A DNA stretch of 64,000 bases from Bacteroidetes bacterium GWB2_32_14 (lineage in GTDB: Bacteria > Bacteroidota > Bacteroidia > Bacteroidales > UBA12077), in NCBI GenBank assembly GCA_001768235.1, contig MENK01000035.1, forward strand, positions 61,755-125,754, given 5' to 3'. The notes under the pieces are model-generated. The model was not told the origin of the DNA, ran no database searches, and saw only the letters and a list, made by a program, of their open reading frames with translations. Positions within the stretch are counted from its first letter, which is position 1; the number at the start of each line of letters is the position of its first letter. Made by a program: the position numbers and the translations under genes. Shown one piece after another: positions 56,470-64,000 of this stretch.

Positions 56470-57633
56470 CTACAACTTATAACCTAAAATAGCTTGCAAA
56501 CAACGTTCTGCGGTTTTACCATCCCATAATTCCGGACGTTCTGGGTTTCTGTTTTTATTTAATGTTTCGTTAAATTCTTTACGGATGCGATCGATATTGT
56601 TTCCAACTAAAACACTGGCACCACCATGTTCTCTCAGGGTTATTGGGCGCTCTGTGTTCCAGCGCATGGTTAAACAAGGCGTTCCTAAAACAGTACATTC
56701 TTCCTGCAAACCACCACTATCGGTAAGCATAATCCGGGCATGCATGTTTAATTTTAACATGGAATGATAATCCAAAGGGTGCACTAAGTAGATGCCGGGT
56801 GTTGACAGAACTTTATCCCACAGGTTAAATGTTTTTAATTGTTTCTCGGTTCGAGGATGAACAGCCCAGATAATATTTAGTTTTCCTGCTATTTCGTTGG
56901 ACAAGAAATGAACCAGGGGCTCCAGAACATCTTTATGGTCAACATTTGATGGACGATGGAGAGTCATCAGTGCAAAGTGCTGATTTTCATTGATAGGAGA
57001 AAATGGTTTTAAAACAATAAGATTTTTTTTAATGATATGCTGAATAGAAAGTTGCTCTGCTTTTTCACGGTTTGCTTCGAGTGTATCGATCATGATGTTT
57101 CCCACGAACCGGATTCGACTATCAGAAACACCTTCCAGTTTCAGGTTTTCAATGGATAACCTGTCGGGAGTTAATAACAGGTCAGATAATCTGTCGGTAA
57201 CTAAACGGTTTATTTCTTCAGGCATTTTTAGGTCACCACTGCGCAAACCTGCTTCGACATGACAAACCCTGATGTGTAATTTTTTAGCTGTAACTGATGC
57301 GGCAAGTGTCGCGTTTACATCGCCATAAACAACGACCCAGTCGGGTTTTTCTGTTTCGAAAACTTTCTCAAGAGCAATCATCGATTGGCCAACCTGTTCG
57401 GCATGTGAGCCAGAACCAATACCCAGGTTGATATCTGCATCGGGAATATTTAATGCTTCGAAAAATGCTTTCGACATTCGATCATCATAATGCTGGCCTG
57501 TGTGTACTAAAATATGTGTTACCCGCTCCGGGTTACTTGTTACCTGTTGCTCGTTAAATGTATGTATAGTGTGTATAAAAGGTGCGACTTTCATAAAGTT
57601 GGGCCGTGCACCTACTACAGAGATGATTTTCAT
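56470..57633 (-). CDS. wecB: UDP-N-acetylglucosamine 2-epimerase (non-hydrolysing)
   Basis: VGARPNFMK, HTGQHYD, VYGDVNAT, HVEAGLRS, MPEEINR, TLHRPSN, TDSGGLQEE, TERP. Confidence 0.95.
   Translation of the reverse strand: MKIISVVGARPNFMKVAPFIHTIHTFNEQQVTSNPERVTHILVHTGQHYDDRMSKAFFEALNIPDADINLGIGSGSHAEQVGQSMIALEKVFETEKPDWVVVYGDVNATLAASVTAKKLHIRVCHVEAGLRSGDLKMPEEINRLVTDRLSDLLLTPDRLSIENLKLEGVSDSRIRFVGNIMIDTLEANREKAEQLSIQHIIKKNLIVLKPFSPINENQHFALMTLHRPSNVDHKDVLEPLVHFLSNEIAGKLNIIWAVHPRTEKQLKTFNLWDKVLSTPGIYLVHPLDYHSMLKLNMHARIMLTDSGGLQEECTVLGTPCLTMRWNTERPITLREHGGASVLVGNNIDRIRKEFNETLNKNRNPERPELWDGKTAERCLQAILGYKL
57518..57559 (+). repeat. In-frame heptamer array inside wecB
   Basis: GTTACCC GCTCCGG GTTACTT GTTACCT GTTGCTC GTTAAAT (6 x 7 = 42 nt), encoding the FNEQQVTSNPERVT segment. 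Confidence 0.7.
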
Positions 57634-58746
57634 TTATTTAAAATTATATTGATAATCAGGGTTTTCTTTCATGATCCTTACGCTTTCAGGGTAATTTTCG
57701 ACGAACCAAATCATAAATCCTGTTAGATCAATTTTATCCTGAAGCATTTCTTTTTGTCTGGTTTTATAAATTAATTTCAAATCTTTTATAGAAAGGAGTT
57801 CATCAAGCTTCTTTAATAAATCGGTTTCTTCTAAATTATTTATTCCATAAGTGAGATTATACTTCTTCTCAAGTTCCTCTAATACAGATATTTTCCCAAC
57901 AAAACTATTAAATCGTATAGACGCAGTACCTAATACAGATGATTCAACACACATACTTTGACTATCACCAATAAATAAATGAGCATAAGCAAGTATATGA
58001 TGAATATGTAATGGATTAATTTCTAGTCTATATTTTTCAAATATATTTATTAATGGTTTTTCAGATGTAATATAAATATGCCCATAAGGATTTAATTTAT
58101 CAATTAACTTTTGAAGTAAATTTGTAGTTATTCCTCCATGTTGTCTTTCAATATCGTGTCCTGCAGTAAAACTTACTAAACGTATTATAAAATAAGGCCT
58201 GTCAATATTGATATATTTCTCAACTATTTTAATATCTGGCCTAAATCTGTTTGGATGCAAGTAGGCAAGTTTCTGATATCCATTATAACCTATTTTCTTA
58301 TTTTCATATTTTCCCACATCACAAACCAAAGGACTAAATATAAAATTGGAAAAAGGATAAGCTGCTTTACAAAAAAGTTTATTTATATTAAAATCATCTT
58401 CATTAAATATAACAGAAGGTATCTTTTTTATTTTTCCTATGTGGGCAATTGATATATCTGTACCCATAAGGATATTTGGTTTCCAACGATTAACCAGTTG
58501 ATACATTTTTATATCTTGCAAGATCAATTCTAATCCTCTATTTGCAACAATTGATATTAATCCTTTATTACTTTTCTTTGTGCTAAGTTGAATAAAATTT
58601 TTATTATCTCTTTCAAGCAAAATTTTAAGGATATCCTTATCATTAATAACAAATAGTACAGAGTATCCATTCTTAGAAATCTCTAACTCAAAATTTTTAA
58701 ATAAATAATACTGTGAGGGGTGATTGAGAGCTATTAAAATTCTCAT
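57634..58746 (-). CDS. DUF354 family protein (GT-B-like fold)
   Basis: NHPSQYYLFK, GYQKLAYLHPNRFRPD, IIRLV..AGHD, GDSQSMCVESSVLGT. Confidence 0.82.
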   Translation of the reverse strand: MRILIALNHPSQYYLFKNFELEISKNGYSVLFVINDKDILKILLERDNKNFIQLSTKKSNKGLISIVANRGLELILQDIKMYQLVNRWKPNILMGTDISIAHIGKIKKIPSVIFNEDDFNINKLFCKAAYPFSNFIFSPLVCDVGKYENKKIGYNGYQKLAYLHPNRFRPDIKIVEKYINIDRPYFIIRLVSFTAGHDIERQHGGITTNLLQKLIDKLNPYGHIYITSEKPLINIFEKYRLEINPLHIHHILAYAHLFIGDSQSMCVESSVLGTASIRFNSFVGKISVLEELEKKYNLTYGINNLEETDLLKKLDELLSIKDLKLIYKTRQKEMLQDKIDLTGFMIWFVENYPESVRIMKENPDYQYNFK

Positions 58747-59504
58747 TTATAAAGTATTTTTAATTCATCTCGAGTAGGGTAATTAATTAATACAGCTCTT
58801 CTTGGCCCATGATATACAAAAAGACTTCCGGCTCCAACAGCAGATGCCCATCCTTCTTTTACTGCTAATTTTAAATCGGTTAAACATCCGGCACCTCCTA
58901 CTGCAACAACAGGAATTGATACTGATTCCGAAATTCTTTTAATCAGGTTTAAATCATATCCCGCCATCATACCATCGTGTTCAATTGAATTTATAATTAT
59001 TTCTCCGGCACCCATCTCTTCGGCTAATTCTGCAAATTGAACCGGAGAATATATTGTAGCTTTTGTGCCAGAAAAGATATAGGTTTTTTCTTTATTAAAC
59101 AGGTTTTTTTTAACATCAATGGAAACAACAATAGTTGAACTTCCGAACTCGGATGCAGCATCTTTTATAAAATCAGGTTTTAAGACAGCCTGAGTATTGA
59201 TAACAACTTTTTCGGCTCCTGCATTCAAAATTTGCCTGATTTGCAAAATGGTTTTTATACCACCCCCAACAGCAAAGGGCATATTTGCTTCATCACCCAC
59301 TTTTTTTACAAAATCAAGCGAAATAAGAGAATTGTTTTTACTTGCATTAATATCAAGAAATACCAACTCATCTGCTTTTAAATCATTAAAAAGTTTTACA
59401 GCGTTTATTGGATCACCAATGTAACGGTGGTTTTTAAACTTTACTGATTTAACCAGACCCTGATTTTTTAATAATAATACAGGAATTACTCTTGGCCTAA
59501 ACAT
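58743..59504 (-). CDS. HisF-like cyclase paralog for polysaccharide amidino/amide modification (AglZ/HisF2, WbuZ-like)
   Basis: RVIPVLLL..GLVKSVKF..YIGDPINAVKLFN, GGGI, SIEHDGMMAGYD, ends AVLINYP; adjacent to the N-acetyl sugar amidotransferase. Confidence 0.9.
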   Translation of the reverse strand: MFRPRVIPVLLLKNQGLVKSVKFKNHRYIGDPINAVKLFNDLKADELVFLDINASKNNSLISLDFVKKVGDEANMPFAVGGGIKTILQIRQILNAGAEKVVINTQAVLKPDFIKDAASEFGSSTIVVSIDVKKNLFNKEKTYIFSGTKATIYSPVQFAELAEEMGAGEIIINSIEHDGMMAGYDLNLIKRISESVSIPVVAVGGAGCLTDLKLAVKEGWASAVGAGSLFVYHGPRRAVLINYPTRDELKILYK

Positions 59505-60132
59505 GATTTGTTTCTATAAAATTTTTCAATAATTGTTCGCCCCATTCGTGGCTTTTTTCAGGATGAAACTGAACCCCGAATATATTTTCTTTTTCCAGGG
59601 CAGAAACAAATTCAATTTTATATTCTGTTGTGGCTAAAATATCTGCCTGATTATTACATTGAATATAATAACTGTGCACAAAGTAATATAAATAATCAGC
59701 ATCGAAATGGTTAAATAAAACGCTTTCTTTTTTAGGTTTAATACTATTCCAGCCCATATGCGGGATTTTATATCGGTTATCCTGAAGTTTAAATCTTACT
59801 GTTTCTGCATCGATCCATCCCAGTCCTTTAGCATTTCCCTCTTCGGATGATTTACAAAACAACTGCATTCCCAAACAAATTCCTAAAATAGGTGTTTTGT
59901 TTACTAAAACTTTTTCATTTAAAACAGGAATTAAATTTAATTCTGCTAGTTTTAGCATACCGTTTGCAAAATGCCCTACCCCCGGTAAAATTAATTTATC
60001 AGCATTTAAAATATCTTCTTTTTTATTACTGATTAATGCCTGATAACCTATACGCTTGCATTTGTTGTAAACTGAACGCAGATTACCCATTCCATAATCG
60101 AGAATAACAATGTTTAGTTTTTCAGGATGCAT
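59497..60132 (-). CDS. HisH-like glutamine amidotransferase (WbuY-like)
   Basis: DYGMGNLRSV, LPGVG, GICLGMQ, PHMGWN, YFVHSY, QFHPEKS. Confidence 0.92.
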   Translation of the reverse strand: MHPEKLNIVILDYGMGNLRSVYNKCKRIGYQALISNKKEDILNADKLILPGVGHFANGMLKLAELNLIPVLNEKVLVNKTPILGICLGMQLFCKSSEEGNAKGLGWIDAETVRFKLQDNRYKIPHMGWNSIKPKKESVLFNHFDADYLYYFVHSYYIQCNNQADILATTEYKIEFVSALEKENIFGVQFHPEKSHEWGEQLLKNFIETNHV

Positions 60133-61258
60133 ATTTTAAATAAAAAATATGTGGTAAAATTTTAAATTTTGTGGCCATTTTTATAGGCCATTTTAGCAAG
60201 CGAATTAATGGGAGTAATGTTTTATAGTCATCATGTGATTTTAAAGGAGCTTGCATTATAGCTGAAAACTCGGCCTTAGATATTCCCAGCTTATTTAAAG
60301 TATATTCTACAACCTTTTCGTCGTATTTATAAGGGTGTTCATTAATTTCGGACAAGGCTTCTTCCCTTTTAATTTGTCCGGAACGCACAAGAGCAGATAA
60401 TTCGGTCTTACGTTTATCTATATTAAATTTTTTAGGAAGATAATATGATTGAAAAAACTTTGTATATACATTTTCGTGATGGTGTCCTCCATAATATTTC
60501 CAATCGAGTTCTTCAGCAAGCACTTTATCTACTTCATTTTTTTTATAGTCAATAAATTCCATTAGCCTAATTTCGCGAATACGTTTAATCCAAATATAAT
60601 ACTGTAACTTAAGAATGGTCATGTGAGGAAAACTTCTAAAGTTGCGAATTTTACCAAATTTTTTATGAACAGATTTAACATATAGCGGGTCCATATAAGT
60701 CCAGCTAATGGGAGAGGTACCTTCTGTTCTGAAAGAATGTCCGTTTAAGATGTATTTAATGCCTTCTTTATTTGCTACATGATAAAGTACAGAATAAATA
60801 GCATAGTCTGTAGGTACATCAGCATCGGGGGTAGATGCTTTTAAAAAAGAAATCTGTAAATCTTTGAATTCTTCCCAGTCGGCAACAATAGTATGTAATT
60901 CCACATTTAATTTGTCACATGCTTTTTTTATGTTTTGAACAGAAATGTCGGAGTTCCAACCATTATCAAAATGTACGGCTAAAGGACGCAACCCAAGCTT
61001 AACAGCTGTTAGCAAAGTATATGAACTATCTCTGCCGCCACTTACACCTACTATGCAATCGTATTTTTTATGTTTTCCCTGTTTTTTTATTTTAAATAAA
61101 AGACCTTCTAGTTCCTTATCCAGCTGAAAGCCTAAGGGGTGTCTTCTTTCCATTTCATTATGGATTTTGCAGTATTTGCATTCTCCATTTTCATCGAACC
61201 AAATGTCATTGACAGTTGTATCTAAGATACATCTGCAACAGATAGTGTTTAAAGTCAT
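60122..61258 (-). CDS. N-acetyl sugar amidotransferase (WbuX/PseA-like PP-loop ATPase)
   Basis: CxRC...CxYC N-terminus, YDCIVGVSGGRDS PP-loop, HFDNGW, GGHHHE, DKRKTELSALVRSGQ. Confidence 0.92.
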   Translation of the reverse strand: MTLNTICCRCILDTTVNDIWFDENGECKYCKIHNEMERRHPLGFQLDKELEGLLFKIKKQGKHKKYDCIVGVSGGRDSSYTLLTAVKLGLRPLAVHFDNGWNSDISVQNIKKACDKLNVELHTIVADWEEFKDLQISFLKASTPDADVPTDYAIYSVLYHVANKEGIKYILNGHSFRTEGTSPISWTYMDPLYVKSVHKKFGKIRNFRSFPHMTILKLQYYIWIKRIREIRLMEFIDYKKNEVDKVLAEELDWKYYGGHHHENVYTKFFQSYYLPKKFNIDKRKTELSALVRSGQIKREEALSEINEHPYKYDEKVVEYTLNKLGISKAEFSAIMQAPLKSHDDYKTLLPLIRLLKWPIKMATKFKILPHIFYLKYAS

Positions 61259-61294
61259 TTTTAATTATTGTTTTAAAAAACACAGAGTATTTTA

Positions 61295-61357
61295 TTATCT
61301 TTTTTTAATTTTTTTTGCAGAAACACCCCCATATATAGAATAAGGTTCAGTGTTTCT
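61295..61357 (-). pseudogene. Remnant 3' end of a hexapeptide-repeat acyltransferase
   Basis: The - strand reads RNTEPYSIYGGVSAKKIKKR*, matching the '..V.PYSI.GG.PAK.IK.R' tail of LbH acetyltransferases. No upstream body fits in the 169-nt gap. Confidence 0.6.
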
Positions 61358-61427
61358 TGGGGAGTTTACAAAGCCGATGTAAGGTAATTTTGAAGCTAAA
61401 CTATAATAAAAGAATACGAAAAAATAT

Positions 61428-62609
61428 TTAAGAAAAAGGTTTATTTGTAGATTCTTTTTTTAAAATAGAAAGAGCTAATAACATCCAGGCTTGTGACCAT
61501 CGCATATAAGATATTTTATTTATAAAGAATTTGTATTTTCTATAATAAAAATACCCCTTTTTACTTTGCATATTTGAAATTGTCCAAAAAGCAATCTTTT
61601 GGGCAAAATGTAAATAGTCTTTATTATATTCTCCGAGTTTCGAAAATGTTATAATTCCCTGACTTTGATTATGTATATCAACAGGATGTGTTTTAGGTAA
61701 TCTCCAAAAAGATTTCCCGTTTTTATCAAATTGGTTATTATAATAAAAAGTTAATCCTTTTTTAATTGAGTTTTCCCAATCCTGATTATGCAAATTAATT
61801 ATTGATTTTATTTCGTATATGCTTTCTAAAATAAATCCCTGATGAAAATCAATTTGTTTTCTTTCTTTTATAAGTTTATTGTCAATGCTGTAATACCATG
61901 AGCCATCTTCTTTTTGTTGAGAAATAACAAAATTAACAACATCAATTATTTGTTTATATAAATCAGCGCTTTTAGTAAAATAATATCCTACAGCCAAACA
62001 ATATGCTGCATGCAAACTTGCATTATAACAGATTACTTTTTTACTTAAAGGATTGTAACTATAACTTATACCCGATTCAAAAATATTAACAGGAATCTTA
62101 TTTGTTATAAATGAGATATTCTTTATTAAGAAGGTTTTAATATTTTCATCATTAAATATTTTATAGTATTCGAACAATCCTTGATAAATGTACGAATGAT
62201 GAACAACTGTCGGGAACCCTTTTTTAACAGATTCTTCAGGATTTATATAATCATAATCATAACCCCATGAAGTACAATCCTCATAATTTGTTGTATTATT
62301 TAATAACCAATCCTTAATATATTCTATAGATTTAAGATATTCAGAATTCTTTGAATAATCATATAATTTTACGTATGCAGTTAAAAGTAATCCCATTCCT
62401 TTTGTGCTGTGAATTTTTTTAATTCCTAATAAAGGTCTCAGGTTAATGGGGTTTCTTTTATGAAGTTGTGTGGCAATTACAGGAATCCATTTGCCCATTT
62501 TTTGTATTGGAAATTTTGAATTCAATATATCATAAGGATCATAACCTGCAAATTTTTCTTTTTCGATGTACTCTAACAAATTTTGAATTGAATTTTCTAA
62601 TAATTCCAT
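61428..62609 (-). CDS. Conserved polysaccharide-locus protein, alpha/alpha-toroid (six-hairpin-like) fold, function unknown
   Basis: GYDPYD, NPINLRPLLGI, KGMGL, WGY, QKEDGSWYY, DFHQGF, VDIHNQSQG, GYFYY, YMRWSQAW. Confidence 0.65.
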   Translation of the reverse strand: MELLENSIQNLLEYIEKEKFAGYDPYDILNSKFPIQKMGKWIPVIATQLHKRNPINLRPLLGIKKIHSTKGMGLLLTAYVKLYDYSKNSEYLKSIEYIKDWLLNNTTNYEDCTSWGYDYDYINPEESVKKGFPTVVHHSYIYQGLFEYYKIFNDENIKTFLIKNISFITNKIPVNIFESGISYSYNPLSKKVICYNASLHAAYCLAVGYYFTKSADLYKQIIDVVNFVISQQKEDGSWYYSIDNKLIKERKQIDFHQGFILESIYEIKSIINLHNQDWENSIKKGLTFYYNNQFDKNGKSFWRLPKTHPVDIHNQSQGIITFSKLGEYNKDYLHFAQKIAFWTISNMQSKKGYFYYRKYKFFINKISYMRWSQAWMLLALSILKKESTNKPFS

Positions 62610-62610
62610 T

Positions 62611-63789
62611 TCAATTAGTCTTATTTAACTTTAACTTAAGATAAAAGTTATTTAGAATTTTAGCACGATTTAACCATGAAATTTCATGCTCTGCAATGTA
62701 ACGGGCTTTTTCGGCCATGTTTTCTAAATGATATTTCCCTTCAATTATTTCTTGAATTTTCTCTTCAATATCAGTTTTATTCCAGGTTGTAATAATAAAA
62801 CACTCTTTATTTTTATTTACAAATTCTGTAACATCCCCATAAGGGTTTAATAAAACAGGTCTTCCGCAAGCTAAATAATCTCCAAGTTTGTTCGGCCAAC
62901 CGGCCAAATTTATATCAGACTCCTTTTTTATTAATACAAATATATCTACGATGCTTAATAATTCAGAATTTTTTGAATAATCAACCCATCCCATTTCTTT
63001 AATTATACCACCTAAATTATAAGCCTGAATATTTGTTTCTCCAACAAACCCTCCAAATGTAACAAAAGTAATTTCGTTTTTAAACTTTTCAAGAGCTTTA
63101 ATAAATGGTTCTAAATCAGACAATTCGCTTTCTGACATTCCAATATAACCCAAAAGGATTTTTTTATCTGTATCTATATAATTGCTTTTATTTTTTACTA
63201 ATTTCATTCTAGGAATATTTATAATATCTGCCCCCCCATGTATTATTTCAATATCTTTTCTTATTCCTAATTTTTGTGCTCTTTCTTTCATAAAACTTGA
63301 TAATACAACAATACCATCGGCCTTTTTCTTGTCGTTAATTTCAGACCATTTTTCAAATCCTCCCAAGAGAATTTTAAAATATTTTGGTTTATTTTCTAAT
63401 TGGCCTCCTTTTCCAAAAAAATCCCACCATTCAGAAACATATATCCCTTTATATATTAAACGATTTAATAAACAAGGCCATCCGGCAGAAGGACGATGGC
63501 CTGAATCAGAATGCAGAATTTCAAACCGATTAAAAATCACATATAGCAATCGTAATAAAAGACTTAAAACACCAAACCCTTTTGATGTTAATAGGGATGG
63601 TACTATATCGGGGAAAATATATACGATTACACCATTAATTTTTTTCTTTTGAATTACTAAGGAAAACCCGGGGTTTGTAGTTAAAACGGTAACATTATTG
63701 CCAAGAACAACGAGAGATTCGGCTAATGAAAATGTACGCCCCCATCCTCCTTTTTTAAATATTCCAAAATGCGATACTAAAATGTTCAT
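62611..63789 (-). CDS. Glycosyltransferase family 4 protein
   Basis: GGWGRTFSLAESLV..GNNVTV, ADGIVVLSSFM, PNKLGDYLACGRPV, SW..RA end. Confidence 0.85.
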   Translation of the reverse strand: MNILVSHFGIFKKGGWGRTFSLAESLVVLGNNVTVLTTNPGFSLVIQKKKINGVIVYIFPDIVPSLLTSKGFGVLSLLLRLLYVIFNRFEILHSDSGHRPSAGWPCLLNRLIYKGIYVSEWWDFFGKGGQLENKPKYFKILLGGFEKWSEINDKKKADGIVVLSSFMKERAQKLGIRKDIEIIHGGADIINIPRMKLVKNKSNYIDTDKKILLGYIGMSESELSDLEPFIKALEKFKNEITFVTFGGFVGETNIQAYNLGGIIKEMGWVDYSKNSELLSIVDIFVLIKKESDINLAGWPNKLGDYLACGRPVLLNPYGDVTEFVNKNKECFIITTWNKTDIEEKIQEIIEGKYHLENMAEKARYIAEHEISWLNRAKILNNFYLKLKLNKTN

Positions 63790-63844
63790 TCTTTTTAATT
63801 CAACCGGATATTTTAATAAGAACTTTTTGCATCTTTCTCATTTT

Positions 63845-64000
63845 TTAGTGAAGATGCTCTTTTTTGAAAATCTTGTGATAGGCATTAACATATTGTTCTG
63901 CAGCATTTTCCCAACTTTTATTTGACACAACCCATTCTCTGGCATTTTTGCAAACTTTAATAAGTTCTTTATTGCTTCTAATTTCTTTTATTGCATCATT
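63845..64000 (-). CDS. 3' end of a glycosyltransferase (GT4-like), truncated by the window edge
   Basis: The - strand reads NDAIKEIRSNKELIKVCKNAREWVVSNKSWENAAEQYVNAYHKIFKKEHLH*. Confidence 0.7.
   Translation of the reverse strand, partial: NDAIKEIRSNKELIKVCKNAREWVVSNKSWENAAEQYVNAYHKIFKKEHLH

Noticed and set aside
58743-60132. Histidine biosynthesis hisF/hisH
   Set aside because: No other his genes nearby; they are coupled to an N-acetyl sugar amidotransferase in a polysaccharide locus, so these are the sugar-modification paralogs.
61428-62609. Delta-aminolevulinic acid dehydratase (a label sometimes attached to similar proteins)
   Set aside because: No HemB motifs (no SDMMDGR, no MVKP); the sequence looks like helical repeats instead.

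Overview
AT-rich chromosomal window from a Bacteroidota genome (Bacteroidales/Marinilabiliales-like: T9SS C-terminal sorting domain, TAnnTTTG promoter motifs, DUF4271-hemD-rnpA and dut-TPR-DUF4292-EnvC synteny). About 1-44 kb is mostly housekeeping (dtd, deoC, ispB, queD, polA, rnpA, uvrC, ade, mnmG, ybeY, dut, pheS, ruvB, nadA, rpiB, hemW) plus a multi-PAS two-component system. 45-52 kb is a TetR-TolC-MFP-RND efflux operon. 52-64 kb is the distal end of a surface-polysaccharide locus (GT4s, WbuX/HisH/HisF-like amidotransferase trio, DUF354, WecB, sugar transferase, four-helix-bundle protein, Wzi-like protein). Two non-coding signals stand out. (1) The window probably contains the replication origin: a 646-bp very AT-rich nadA-rpiB gap with many TTATTAACA-type boxes and a DnaA-trio-like tract, with consensus parS sites at 19119 and 39081. 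(2) Degenerate 7-nt-period repeat arrays bracket the four-helix-bundle gene in inverted orientation, recur as an ORF-less inverted pair one gene downstream, start in register with TAG stop codons, and also sit in-frame inside wecB. No rRNA, tRNA, CRISPR array, transposase or integrase was seen. All product calls come from motif recognition, without database searches.
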